Position numbers and translations under genes: made by a program
Source of the DNA: a virus
Taxonomy: Duplodnaviria > Caudoviricetes
Length of the DNA stretch: 61,767 bases
IMG/VR virus record: IMGVR_UViG_3300046532_001253
Span: 1 to 61,767 of that record
Strand: one strand, 5' to 3'
Shown here: piece by piece, positions 18,935 to 30,800 of the stretch
Position numbering within the stretch: the first letter of the stretch is position 1
Layout of the letters: the number at the start of each line of letters is the position of its first letter
The notes under the pieces: generated by a model
What the model was told of the DNA's origin: nothing
Seen by the model: only the letters and a program-made list of their open reading frames with translations
Database searches by the model: none

Positions 18935-20458
18935 TTATGCATCAAGTACAAACCAGAAGTCGCCGTCGTCTCCGTCGCTCGATTGCGGCGTTGCTCCCGA
19001 CACTGTTTTCTTTGACGAACCCCATTTATCATCAAGTACCAACGCTTGTGTCACAAATTCTGTTGTAGCAATCTGTGATGTTGATGCCAATGCAGGTGCT
19101 GTTGGTGCTTTAGGTGAACCCAGGAGCTCAGGATTTATAAGTGGTGCTTTAGGATTAATATCGGCTGTTAGTTCTTGTTTAAGTTCGAAATCTCGTTGTG
19201 TTGCCCATTGTTGTAGTTCTGCAATAATTTGTGCTTTAATTAAGTTAACAAATGAAGTTGTTGCTAATTTTCCATCATTACTATCAATATTTGGAGTCTC
19301 AGCTGTTGGAGTTCCAATGAACTGAGGTGCATTAATACTTGCTTTTGTTTCTAAACTAGTATTAATTGTTCGTATATCTGCTCCGTGTCCAGCTACTGTA
19401 GTTTCAGCAGTTATCAACCGAGTATTAATTGCATTAATTGTGTTAGTTAATTCAGTTTTAGTAGTACTAATTGCAGAGGTATATTCCGATGTAATTGTAT
19501 TACGGACATCAGTAACATACCCTCTGTGAGCAATTCCTTGCTCCGTTGATGGTTGTGTGCTTGTAAAACTTGGACCAACTTGAGTTTCGCCAGTGTCACC
19601 ATTAATTGTTAATGCTCTAGTTGGTGTACCGTTATAGTTAATAAAGAACTCAACGTCTTTATTTTGCTGTTTATTTTCTATTCTAATTACTTTAGTGTCG
19701 GCATTAGTACTAATTGTTCCATTAACTACGTTACTAGCTGATATACTAGTAATTCCATTAATTGTTACGTTAGCATTAATAATGCTGTCTTGATTCTTTC
19801 TAACATAATTAGTAGCTAATTGTCCGCCTAATGATTTTGAATCTGTACTTATACCATGAAAGTTAAAGTTAGGTGTTGCTGAATTAATATTAATACCATT
19901 CTTAATAGTATTAAATCCAGCCAGAGCTGGTGATGGTGTAAATTCGCCGTCTTGACTAATAATAGCTGAAGTGGTTCCACCTGTTGCTATTTTTAAAACA
20001 ACGTGTGGAATAGTATTATTATCGGTTACAATAAAAGGAATAACACCAGACTCGCCCCAATTCTTTTCAAAGTCCGGGCCAATAACTTTCCATCCAGTTC
20101 CGGAATACATCTTTAATTGGTCTGTACCAATATCCCACCAAAGATCACCAACTGCTGGAGTTAATGGTGCTTCTAACTGGATACTTTCAGACGCAAGAGG
20201 CTTCCAGCCGTCAGTAGTACCTTTATATAGATAGAGTATTTTGTGAGCTGTATTATACCAGCATTGCCCAACAACAGGGCCTACTGGTTGACCATCCGAA
20301 GCAAAGTTTTCAGCTAATCGAATTGTGTTTTCATTAAGGACCTTACCGTATCCAGCAAAGTTTCTGCCTGCAAGGATAACTGGTGCATCATTAGCATTTG
20401 TGGTTGTGCCATCTGCTAATGATGTAAATAAATCTCCGTTGCTTTTGTAAATATCCAT
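18935..20458 (-). CDS. Tail fibre protein (paralog of neighbouring fibres)
   Basis: Same N-terminal module (GRNFAGYG...ENF...GQCWY); two P-x-F/L-x-G-x-P-x-A-x-T...ATTxFV fibre repeats; C-terminal GDDGDFWF. Confidence 0.75.
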   Translation of the reverse strand: MDIYKSNGDLFTSLADGTTTNANDAPVILAGRNFAGYGKVLNENTIRLAENFASDGQPVGPVVGQCWYNTAHKILYLYKGTTDGWKPLASESIQLEAPLTPAVGDLWWDIGTDQLKMYSGTGWKVIGPDFEKNWGESGVIPFIVTDNNTIPHVVLKIATGGTTSAIISQDGEFTPSPALAGFNTIKNGININSATPNFNFHGISTDSKSLGGQLATNYVRKNQDSIINANVTINGITSISASNVVNGTISTNADTKVIRIENKQQNKDVEFFINYNGTPTRALTINGDTGETQVGPSFTSTQPSTEQGIAHRGYVTDVRNTITSEYTSAISTTKTELTNTINAINTRLITAETTVAGHGADIRTINTSLETKASINAPQFIGTPTAETPNIDSNDGKLATTSFVNLIKAQIIAELQQWATQRDFELKQELTADINPKAPLINPELLGSPKAPTAPALASTSQIATTEFVTQALVLDDKWGSSKKTVSGATPQSSDGDDGDFWFVLDA

Positions 20459-20481
20459 CTCTGCTCACTCTTTGTTAGTAG

Positions 20482-20488
20482 TATTTAT
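20482..20488 (-). promoter_or_regulatory. T4-type late promoter box (ATAAATA)
   Basis: ~25 nt upstream of ATG 20458, overlapping the previous stop codon. Confidence 0.6.
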
Positions 20489-20670
20489 GTTATCTTATGA
20501 GACTGTGCTTGTGCAAGTCTAGGCATGCCTTCAAATAATTCAGGACCAAGAATTTTAATTAATGTAGTTGCATGTTCTTCACGTACTGCTTCTCTAATAT
20601 GTTCTTTTTCTGCGTCTGTTAGTGCATCATATCTATTTTTAACAGCTATTTTATATTCATCGAATGTCAT
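20485..20670 (-). CDS. Small hypothetical protein
   Basis: AGGAG RBS before ATG 20670 (refined start). Confidence 0.65.
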   Translation of the reverse strand: MTFDEYKIAVKNRYDALTDAEKEHIREAVREEHATTLIKILGPELFEGMPRLAQAQSHKIT

Positions 20671-22297
20671 CAATTGATCTCCTATGTGATTGTACATTGT
20701 AATTGGTTAAACTAAAAATTGAAATAAACCTTGCAATCCCAAGCACTGCTAATAAAATAATTAAATGCTTTTTCTCAACTTTTCTATTGTTGTTTGCTAG
20801 ATGTCTACAGATAGGTTTACCAATTAACATTAATAACTTGCCAACATAACTTCCTTTGTCTACATAACCCATTTGATATGCCATTTCTGTAGTCCAAGGA
20901 ATAGCAATAGGAAGAGTCCAGTTTAATGCCCATTGCTTAGTTTTTTTAATTCTTGTTTTATCGTCTTTAATCCAAGGCATAATATTAGAATCATCTCTAT
21001 TCTCTAACCATCCAACAACATGCTCAGCCCATTTTAAATAACCTTTATAAACAGCAGGGTCATGCGTTTTCATAGATTCACCAAATTTTTGATCTGCTTG
21101 GTATATATGGTGCGGCAGGTAACCAAGTTTATGCAAGGCAGTACAAATAATACTGTCGCCTCCGCCTCCGCCGTCGCCTCCGCCAAAATCCGTATCGTAC
21201 CACGAATCATGATTGTCATGGCTGGGATAATTACGGACCGGTGGAGGTGGTGGTGGAGGTGGCTCAGTATATTGATTAGTTCTGGAGTCTCTACTAAACA
21301 AACCCATTTCTGGAGTTGTATCCATAACCCATTGATCTACTCTGTTTACAATTTTCCATTGTCCGGTGAAGTTATTAACTTCTGCAGTTTCATCTTTAAC
21401 ATACGCTGAGCGTATTTCTTTCCAAACTCCACCAATTTTTTGATATGCTGTGGCAATTTCTACCCACTCGTTTGCTTCTTTAACGTAGCCAATACCCCCA
21501 CTAATAAATTCAATTTCAGCATAACCATTACCTCCTGGTTCACCATTGGAGAGGCCTCCCATTCCGTACTTAAATGTCCCATCGTCAAATCTATATGGTG
21601 TTCGGCCTACCGGAGCTTGAAAAGCAGAAGGTCCTGTGCTACTCAAAGTAGCGCCGCCACTTTGGCCGCCGCCTCCGCCACGTGTTCCATCTGGACCATT
21701 AGCTCCCCCAGTGCCTGCATTAGGGCCACCGCCGCCACCACCGCCACCAGCTCCATTTCCGATCATTTCGTTGCCTGGACCGCCTTGGCCGTGTTGATAA
21801 TTTCCTAGCTGAGATAAACCGTGTCCTCCAGGATGAACACTACTTGCTCCTCCGCCACCACCGCCGCCTCCGGCCGCGGCAATCATGTTTAATCCAGCAC
21901 CAACGCCGCCCTTTTGCAGAAAACTTGCTCCTCCGCCGCCGCCTCCTGCGCCGTACGTAGATGATGTATTTTTATGCCCGGGCCATCCGCCCCAGCCGCC
22001 GCTTGATTTGTATTGAGTTCCTGAGGTCTCATATAACGATCTGCCTCCAGAGGATATTCCAGATTGTCCACCACCCTCACCTACAGTAATGAATATTGGT
22101 TGTTCGTATTCTAAGCCTATAAAATCAGTCCTAATGTAATAGCTACCGCTACCAGATCCACCAGTCTGACCACTAGTATTATAACCTGCTTGTCCGCCGC
22201 CGCCCCACATGCGTACTCTTCCGTAGGATTCTACACCGTCGGGTACCGAAATTCTATATACACCAGGGCTTGCAAAAGTAATTTTTCTAATAGTCAA
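20657..22297 (-). CDS. Glycine-rich virion/fibre protein with poly-Pro linker and C-terminal 'IICT' domain
   Basis: Multiple GGGGG runs, PPPPPPPP, GGGGGDSIICTALHKLG and a terminal hydrophobic helix; TTG start with AAGGGA RBS. Confidence 0.7.
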   Translation of the reverse strand: MTIRKITFASPGVYRISVPDGVESYGRVRMWGGGGQAGYNTSGQTGGSGSGSYYIRTDFIGLEYEQPIFITVGEGGGQSGISSGGRSLYETSGTQYKSSGGWGGWPGHKNTSSTYGAGGGGGGASFLQKGGVGAGLNMIAAAGGGGGGGGASSVHPGGHGLSQLGNYQHGQGGPGNEMIGNGAGGGGGGGGPNAGTGGANGPDGTRGGGGGQSGGATLSSTGPSAFQAPVGRTPYRFDDGTFKYGMGGLSNGEPGGNGYAEIEFISGGIGYVKEANEWVEIATAYQKIGGVWKEIRSAYVKDETAEVNNFTGQWKIVNRVDQWVMDTTPEMGLFSRDSRTNQYTEPPPPPPPPVRNYPSHDNHDSWYDTDFGGGDGGGGGDSIICTALHKLGYLPHHIYQADQKFGESMKTHDPAVYKGYLKWAEHVVGWLENRDDSNIMPWIKDDKTRIKKTKQWALNWTLPIAIPWTTEMAYQMGYVDKGSYVGKLLMLIGKPICRHLANNNRKVEKKHLIILLAVLGIARFISIFSLTNYNVQSHRRSIDDIR

Positions 22298-22311
22298 TTT
22301 AATTTGTCCCT

Positions 22312-24126
22312 TTACGAATTCAGTCTGACGATAGCTTCAACCATTCCTAAACCGTCCGATGTCTTGTCTTCTAAACTACGTCCGATTACATTTAAGTTTG
22401 TAATCTCAGACCTCGTAGCGCCTTTTGCTATTCCGCTACCAGCACTAACTAAACGTTGTCCTTTTTTAATTTTTCCTACTACTTTAACTGGAACTCTTCC
22501 ACTAATAGCAACAGCAGGGTGAGTTATATCCGTTCCTGCTCCGGCATTCATTAAGTGAGCTGGGCGTGTACTAATTACACCAAACACTTCTTCACTTCCT
22601 TCTTCAACACTAGCAGTAATTTCTGCTACTCCACCTAATGCAACAACTGTTCCAGGACCATATACTTGATCGGCATGAAAGCGTTCTGCAACGTCAGCGT
22701 ATTGTGCTGAAGTACTAGTTCCGTTAAATGTGGTTGCATATACATTAGCAAATGTATTAGCAGAAGAACCTATATTTAGTACTCCGGTGTTAGTTGGTAT
22801 TATGTTGCCTGACAATGCAGTAGTTCCAGCTAATGGAATTGCATCTGCTGGTTTACCCGACAAATCCCCATATGCACCTGACGTAGCTACTGTAGATAAA
22901 GCTGGTTTATTAACAAGATCAGTGTAGTCTCCTGTTGTCGCTACACTAGCAAAACTTGGTTTACTTGTAATGTCAGCCCATGCATTTGATCCTGCTGGGC
23001 CAGCAACTCCTTGTACGCCCTGTGGACCATCTGGTCCTTCTGGTCCAGTTAATCCTTGTGGTCCAGTTGGTCCTTGTATTCCTGTATTACCAATTGGGCC
23101 TTGCACTCCTTGTGGACCTTGTGGTCCTGTATTACCAATTGTTCCTTGCACTCCTTGAGAACCCTGTGGGCCAGTTGGTCCTTGTGGACCTTGTGGTCCT
23201 GTATTACCAGTTGTACCCTGTGGGCCAGTTGGTCCTGTATTACCAATTACACCTTGTGGTCCTTGGATGTTACCAACGTTCTCCCATACACTACCGTTCC
23301 ATACATACAAAGTACCGCTAATTAAATAACCATCGCCTAGTGAACCACTTGCTGGCAAAGCGGCTTCATTTGCTACACTACCAAGAATTGTAATACTTGT
23401 TCCGTTTGATCCTGCGGCTCCAGTGTCTCCTTGCGGGCCTGTTGCTCCTTGCGGGCCAGTGTCTCCTGTTACTCCTTGAATTCCTCGTAGTCCTTGAACA
23501 CCAATCGCTCCTGCTGGGCCAGCGACACCTTGTGGTCCGCGTTCGCCAGTTGCTCCTTGCACTCCTGCTGGGCCAGTTGGTCCTTGTACTTCTCCAACAT
23601 TAGTCCAACGCTCTGAATCCCAAATATGTAAATTGCCGTCTACTAAGTAAGCATCCCCTGATGTTTGACCAGTAGTTGGCAGTCCAGCTATAGTTGCTTT
23701 GGTACCCGTAATATATACACTTGCAAGTCTTGACAGATCGGTTGGTCCAATTAATGTGAAACTTGTGCCGTTCCACATGTAAAACTCGTTCTCATCAGTA
23801 TTGAACCATTGATCACCAATATTGGTGTTTAGCGGTTTGCCAGATGCACCAGCTACTGTTAAATTACTAATTGGTTTAAACACACTACCGTTATAATACT
23901 TTAACGATCCAACTGAAGTATCAAACCACAGTTGTCCTGTTAATGCTGAACTAGGTCTTGTTGTGTTTGCAAAGTTTTCTAATAGTTTAATAAAGTTTTC
24001 TTGTTGGAGTTCGCCAAATCCGATATAATTACGACCAACCAACGATAGCCCGGTACTAGTATCTAGTGATCCATCGGGCAGGTTAACTAATATATCACCA
24101 TTGGTTCTGTTTATAACGTATGACAT
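22312..24126 (-). CDS. Collagen-like tail fibre
   Basis: Two Gly-X-Y blocks (GPQ/GPT/GNT); shares N- and C-terminal modules with 17321-18865. Confidence 0.85.
   Translation of the reverse strand: MSYVINRTNGDILVNLPDGSLDTSTGLSLVGRNYIGFGELQQENFIKLLENFANTTRPSSALTGQLWFDTSVGSLKYYNGSVFKPISNLTVAGASGKPLNTNIGDQWFNTDENEFYMWNGTSFTLIGPTDLSRLASVYITGTKATIAGLPTTGQTSGDAYLVDGNLHIWDSERWTNVGEVQGPTGPAGVQGATGERGPQGVAGPAGAIGVQGLRGIQGVTGDTGPQGATGPQGDTGAAGSNGTSITILGSVANEAALPASGSLGDGYLISGTLYVWNGSVWENVGNIQGPQGVIGNTGPTGPQGTTGNTGPQGPQGPTGPQGSQGVQGTIGNTGPQGPQGVQGPIGNTGIQGPTGPQGLTGPEGPDGPQGVQGVAGPAGSNAWADITSKPSFASVATTGDYTDLVNKPALSTVATSGAYGDLSGKPADAIPLAGTTALSGNIIPTNTGVLNIGSSANTFANVYATTFNGTSTSAQYADVAERFHADQVYGPGTVVALGGVAEITASVEEGSEEVFGVISTRPAHLMNAGAGTDITHPAVAISGRVPVKVVGKIKKGQRLVSAGSGIAKGATRSEITNLNVIGRSLEDKTSDGLGMVEAIVRLNS
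22990..23590 (-). repeat. Gly-X-Y collagen-coding 9-nt periodic repeats (two blocks)
   Basis: Repeated ccttgtggacc / ggtcctgtattacca units; boundaries approximate. Confidence 0.85.
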
Positions 24127-24136
24127 TCTATATTCC

Positions 24137-24790
24137 TTAGCTAATACTACTTAGATTTGTTAACGTTTGAATTCTCACAGTGTAATCGATTTGTATAAGT
24201 CTATTCAATGACTTTTGTACTGGGTGAAACACCACATGCGTTAGTAGTTTGCCTGTTGTTGTTAGGCCGCTCGTGCCGTCTGTACTTTTTGCTCGTAACC
24301 CCAATTCGTCAAACACGTAATCGCCGTTTAAGTCTTGTACATTATCAAATGCCGACTGATCACTTGGCTCACCATAATCAAGTAAGCATGTTACTAAAAT
24401 ATCAGTATATGGTTGACCTGGTGTGTGTCTAATTTCCATTTTGTTTCGTGTTGCATCAAGGTTATTACTGTCTGTATCATCAACAATCTTAGTGTAAGTT
24501 GGATTGTACAAACTACTATTCTGTGCATTGGTGTTTGCAGGATTGTATGTAATAACACCAGTTGCATTAACAGTAGTACCGCCGTTTCCAAAATGCATTT
24601 CGTAGACGTAATTAGTTCCTTTGTTTGCTAAGTTGTATGCTAATGCTTCACTAATATTTTCGTAGTGAATAGCATTTCGTTTATTAACAAACACTTCACC
24701 AGATTCTGGGTCGTGAATTTTAATATGCCCTTGTAGGTGTATTCCGCCTACCTCGTCGGGCTTTTTGTTTTTGTCTGTATTGTTTTCCAT
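24137..24790 (-). CDS. Baseplate/tail-fibre attachment protein
   Basis: NAIHYEN...FGNGG...FDELGL...[11 protein letters not shown]...IDYTVRI; start refined to ATG 24790, downstream of the late-promoter box. Confidence 0.6.
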   Translation of the reverse strand: MENNTDKNKKPDEVGGIHLQGHIKIHDPESGEVFVNKRNAIHYENISEALAYNLANKGTNYVYEMHFGNGGTTVNATGVITYNPANTNAQNSSLYNPTYTKIVDDTDSNNLDATRNKMEIRHTPGQPYTDILVTCLLDYGEPSDQSAFDNVQDLNGDYVFDELGLRAKSTDGTSGLTTTGKLLTHVVFHPVQKSLNRLIQIDYTVRIQTLTNLSSIS

Positions 24791-24825
24791 ATTTTCAGTA
24801 TCCTGCTGACGTGTTGTACTATCAT

Positions 24826-24832
24826 TATTTAT
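24826..24832 (-). promoter_or_regulatory. T4-type late promoter box (ATAAATA)
   Basis: Immediately at the stop of the 4481-aa gene and upstream of ATG 24790. Confidence 0.55.
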
Positions 24833-27800
24833 CATGGGTTATACGCCGATGCTTTTGATAAGAAAGTGGCTTGCTCTGTAGCCGCGCCGCCCGAAGAAAT
24901 ACTAATATTATAATCAAACGGTGCATCACCAGCGTCACTGTCTGCATCATTTGGACTATCCGGGTAGGCTACGTTATATGCGTAACCAAATCCAGCGCCT
25001 TGATAATCATAATCACCTACTTCAACGAAGCCAAACTCACCTAAACTGTTCATCCAGTCTGTGTAGTCTGAATTTTCTGATAATTCTTGTAGTTTCCCGA
25101 GGTCGTCAGCTCTAGTACCAACTGGGATTGTAGTTGACATTCCTGTCCCAAGCACACCTCTGCGTATTCTTCCAAGTGTGTTGTTTGTTTGGTCTTTTTC
25201 GTAATAGTATATAATTTCACCTTGCACGTAAATAACTCCTGGAATTCCGCTACCGGCGTCAGGATCTGGTACTTTCCCAACATCCTCTAAGTGCATTACA
25301 GTATCTGTGCTTGCAAATGCTTGCGTTAATAGAGTTGATCTTGATGCTGAAATCCTGTAATACTTGCGTGAATCATTTGGGCTGAACTTTACAGGACAAT
25401 CCAATGTTGCATCATACGTACTAGCATTAACTTTTTGCCAAATAATTGGCATACTCAACGGAGTACTGCCTAATGTTTCTGTAATATCTGTTCTTGGTAA
25501 CCAAAACGCACCTTGTGCATTTGGTGTAGGTCCTGCGGCAATCCACGAATTGCCATTCCAGTAGTAATAAGAAGCTTCGTTTGTAACATAATGCACGTCA
25601 CTTACAAGTTGTCCCATTGCTGGCAAATTAGCAATCAATGCTACTTCAGTTTTATAATTAAACCCTCGTTTTGCATTATATAACACTCCGCTATATAGTA
25701 CCCAGTCACCTCTACTATAAGATATCTTGCCAGTCCATGTACCAGCAGTTGCATGTTGCCAGCTGTTATCAGTTTCATTCCAATAGTAATACGAAGATTC
25801 GCTTGTAACATAATATAGATCAAAGTTAATATTGCTAGCCGATACTACTAAGTCTGCTGTGGTTGCTACTGTTCCTTTGTAATCTATTTTGTGATTACTT
25901 GCATAAGTTAGACCTGCATGAGTTACATATGCTGACTTATCATAATCTAACGCTCCGTCCCATGCTGTTGGTGTTTTCCATACAAATCTCCAACGTGTTG
26001 CACTACTGTCCGGCGTAGTTGATAGTTCAAGGTTAACGTTCTCTAATGCTACATAGTAACTTCCGCTGTGTAGTACGTAATCACCTTTGTTGTAAGTAGT
26101 AGCACTCCAAGTAGTTGGGCATCGTTCTTGACTTTGAGTTAAATCTTGTATAATTCTAAATCCTAACGGAGGCCCGCTAACAATTTCGCCGTTGTTATCT
26201 GTGATTCGGGTAAACACACTTAGTACAAGAGTATCAAAGTTAATTCCTGGAACTAATTCCTCAGGAGCATGTGAGCTATACTTGTCAACAAACGCACCGC
26301 CGTCAACTGTAATATCCTCTGCACGAGTTCCTAATGTTGTGTCTAAGTACGTACTTTGCATGTAAGTATCAATATAAGAAGTTGCACTTGCATCATCTTC
26401 AAAAGTTAAACCTGTGACACGAACACCTGGGTAGTTAATACCACTAATTAAATTAGTAAGTAAATCTGCACCGGCTACGCCATCTGCGTTAACATAATAT
26501 GCAACGATTCTATCTAGTGCATTTCCATAATCATGACTTAATTGAGTAAAGTATCTAAAGTCAAAGATACTAGAAGCTGATAGGTCTTGTGTTGCTTGGT
26601 ATATTTCATTTTGATAATACACATAATCGTTCTCTTTTACAACCATCATAGCAGTCCATTTAACAAGGTTACTACGATATGTATTTCTATCAAACTTAAT
26701 TGTAGTACGAATTCCTCTAATCTTATCGTTAACCATAACTGGGTATGCTTTAGCTCCTGTGCCGTTACCATTAATTACAATAGTTGGAGTTGAGTTAAAT
26801 GTGTATGATCCAGAGAAAGTAATACTTGTAACTTTTCCTGTAGATGGATTAATTTTAGCAATTGGTTTAATTAATGAAAGTGCTCCAGTGACACCATCTT
26901 TAACAGTAACAACAGGAGGTAGTGTATATCCAGTACCACCCTGAGCAACTTGAATACTTTCAAGTGTTAATGCTTTATTTTTTACCCAGTCTTGATATTG
27001 ACGTTGCTCGAGCAATGTATCATCATTAATACCTTCGCCGGTTGGACTACGGAATGAGTTAATTGTATCTTCGTAGTACGCTGGTAGATCAAAGTCTGAA
27101 ACATTACCTTGGTAGGTATCGTTACCAGCGTAACTAATTAAGTACTCTCGTATCTTACTTCTATAAGGTTTAACTTCATTGATGTAATCAATATAGTAAT
27201 CCTGGTTATCTTTAACATAACTTGGATACTGTGTTAATTCACGTAACTGATGCAATACTGTAATGAAACTAGTCTTAAAGATCCAATCTGCATTTCTTTC
27301 AGACTGTAGTATATAATAAACTAATGTAAAGAATAGTTTATTAAATTCGTTACGTAATGTTCCAGTATATACATCATGTTGCAATGCGTTAAAGATATTA
27401 CGTATCTCTACACTTGGGTTAATATCAAATCTCTGACTATCAAAGTTTTCAGTAGCAAAACCTAGTGTATACTTGCCGCTATCATATAAACGATCACTTA
27501 GTTTAACTGTTCCGTTTCCTAATCCAATTAATGTTAAGTTGTCAATATCGTTATAGTTCTGAGTTTTATAAAGTGTAAATGTTCCAATATTATTATAACG
27601 AACTCTAATAATACTTCCTGCTGGAAGCAACGATAATGACTTAACATCTTTTTCATAATCAACTGTGTAATCTTCTTTTGTTGTTGAGTTGTAACCAGTA
27701 GCATACCAATCGGTGTAATCCCAATAAAATTCAGTATTAAATGCTTGCACTCTAGTAAGTATAAATTTGTTACTAGCGTTTAGTGTATAAATTGACCAGC

Positions 27801-30800
27801 GATTCTCAATGGTACTATCTACACTAACAAATACTTTATATCCTGTTGCCAATGATGCAACATCAAGGTATGCCAATTCGTCATACAGGTCAACTGCAAA
27901 ATCATATTCCGTTGTTGCTGGTATTTTTTCATGACTTAAAAACTTAGTTAAAATCTTTTGTTGTCTAATAGGATGCTGAATTAGTACATCATTAACTGTA
28001 CCTACAAAGTTTTTAAGGGCCTGCTGTCTATCTCTAATCATAGTCTGTCGAGGTCTTACACTAATACCATATTTGTCTTGAGTTAACAATGATGGGTCAG
28101 GAACAACAAATCCAGAACTATCTTCGCCGGCTAAACTATCAATTAGCTTGTTAATAATACTTGTAGGAATATTACTGTCTGGATTTCCTTCTTGTATAAG
28201 TTCATACTCAGTGTGAACACTATTGTTATTACGTATTAAATCATATCTAATTTGTAAGACAACATCAGTTCCATTTAAGTAATCATTTACATTATATAAA
28301 CTTACAGCATTCTCGGCTACTAGAGCCGCATACGGAATACCTTGAAGTTCAGGATTTTCAATCATCTCAGTGATACTAACAATACTGCGAGTTTTATTAA
28401 TAGCACTATTTTTCTTAGTAACCCAATAATAGTATTTCTCTTTTACAATCCCTGTGCTTTCGTCAACTACTGTAGTTTGGACATAAGTTCCGTCGGCAGT
28501 GTATTTTGGCACACCGTCTGCATCTAATGTTAACGTGTAACCACTCGGAGGAACAGTACTTTCAATCCATTCACTAACAGATACAGAACTACCCGGGAAC
28601 ATCTTCCCCCAATTTTTAATTCTATATGTAAGTGAGTCTTGTTCATAATCAATATAACGAACTAAACTTAAATCCCACCATGTCATACCAACTTGATCTG
28701 CTCCCCAATGCAAGTTAGCATCAACTTGAATTTCAACATTGGATGCTGGATTATTTGTATAAAATGCTGGATCGGTTGCTGTTTTAAAATCTAAGTTAAT
28801 TTCAGCTTGTCCTAGTATCTTTCCTTTAGCAGGATCAATATAGTCAAAGTTTGATAGAATATTATTAGACTTCTTGCTATAAATTAACATACGACTTAGT
28901 GTGTCAATATCAACTTCAGTTCCTTGTTCTCTGGTCCTTGACCAAATACGCTTGCCGCCTGTCTTATAAAGCCATGCAGTACCACCATTGGGTGCAATCT
29001 GATCGTCTCCAGGATCGCCAACAATAATATATTCTTTCTTTAAATCAAGTGCTAAACCAAAGAAGTCAAATCTACGATTAGCTATTAAATCAAATTTTTG
29101 TGCAAATATGTGCTGTCCGGTGTTAGTTAAATTAGTTTGATCATTTTCAAATAATTCGTAAATGTAAGCATTGCTTCCAAATACTTTATCAATGAATAAT
29201 GTACTGCTACCATCAAATGTAGTAGTTGAAGTTGAAGCTGTTGCTAATTTGTCAATTAATAATGCTTGAATTGTTAACGCATTTCCGCTACCAATTAGTA
29301 GCGTTTCATCATTGTCGCCTACGCTAACACTTAATCCAAATGTTTCAGATACTCCGCCACCTGGAGCTTCAATAGTTTGTGAGTACTCAAAATCTCCTAT
29401 ACCTAAATCAGCACATAAAGTTGAGTTGTTTGCACAAGCAAGGAATAACTTATTTCTAGTAAGTTTACTACTACTAGTAATTGTTAGTTTACCAGCAACA
29501 ACTGAACTCGTTATACCTGGTATATTACTTCCATTAATCTTTGTACTCAGTGATTCAACAGTAGTACTGTCAAGTGCAACTATAAAGCCATTAATATATA
29601 AGTTGTCACCTACGGTTAGCACTGGATCAGCTACTGTTCCAGTAACTTTTCCTAAGTGCCTACTAGGTTTAATATAACGATAAACTTTACCACTATCATA
29701 CGTATTTGTTTTGTACCCAGGTGCTGTAATATATATACTAGCACTACTAAAGTCAACCGCTATTTGTGATCCAAACAATGTATTAGCAATAACTTCGTCA
29801 CTAGGTGCAAGTATTTCTTGCATACTGTGCCAAATGTTTGATGCAATTTTAATCTTCTGTCCAGCGTCAATTGCTGTAGTTAGAATAACTTCGTTTGTTC
29901 CACCAACATTATAAGTATAATCAACTCCGACAATTAATTCGGTATCTCCAACAAACACATCAACAACAGAATCTGCAACGCTTGTAATATCCGAAGATGG
30001 ACGGTATGCAGTTGTCTGCGGATTACTCTTTTGGAATTCAGTATGTCTAATGTAATGATAAACTTTACCAACATTTGTTAAACTATTAACTGTTTCACTT
30101 GGAGCTCCAACAAATAACTCTGTTCCGTCATTATCGCAATATAAGAATCTACCAAATTCTGCATCACTATTAACACTACCTGGTGGTGTTAGTACATTTT
30201 CATATTTCCAATGTCTGGCTTGAGTAATAGTTAATGCTGTAACTAATGATGTTAAGTCCGGAATAACAGTAAGTGTTGTTCCTGAAATAGTATAATCAAG
30301 ACCTTCTGTAAGTATATCGTTGTCATTAATTTTAACAACCACCGAACTACTATCAGTTACTGTCCATCCAAGTTCGTAGTTACGATTTACACCTGTAGCA
30401 ACACTTAAAAAGTGATTGTCGTTATTGCCTAAAGCAGTTGTAATTGCATCTACGTGTGTTTGTAACAGAGTAAGTGTTGTTCCTGAAATAGTATAATCAA
30501 CATTGTATGTAAGTAATGTTTCTGATGGGTTGTTTAAATAAACAACCAATGCACTAGGAGCAACTGGTGTAAATCCAAGGTTGTACTCAGCGAGCGTACT
30601 ACCATCAGTATTACTTCTAATTGGAGTTGTTGTTAGCGTTATTGATTTACTTTGATTAATTACACTATTATCTCTATGATATACATAAACCTTGTTTGCA
30701 TCAGGAGCACCAACAAATAACCATTTGTTATTATCACTAATACGAACACTCTTTCCAAAGCCCTCACTGGTTGTTGGAGCTTGAATAATCTGAGTGGCAT

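Noticed and set aside
20657-21160. C-terminal IICT domain as an intein/Hint domain
   Set aside because: Lacks block B TxxH and terminal HN motifs, and looks helical rather than beta.
22990-23590. Periodic repeats as a possible CRISPR array
   Set aside because: The 9-nt periodicity encodes Gly-X-Y inside a CDS; there are no unique spacers or cas genes.
30268-30500. 32-nt repeat as a DGR template/variable repeat pair
   Set aside because: Too short, identical with no adenine-specific mismatches, and no reverse transcriptase in the window.
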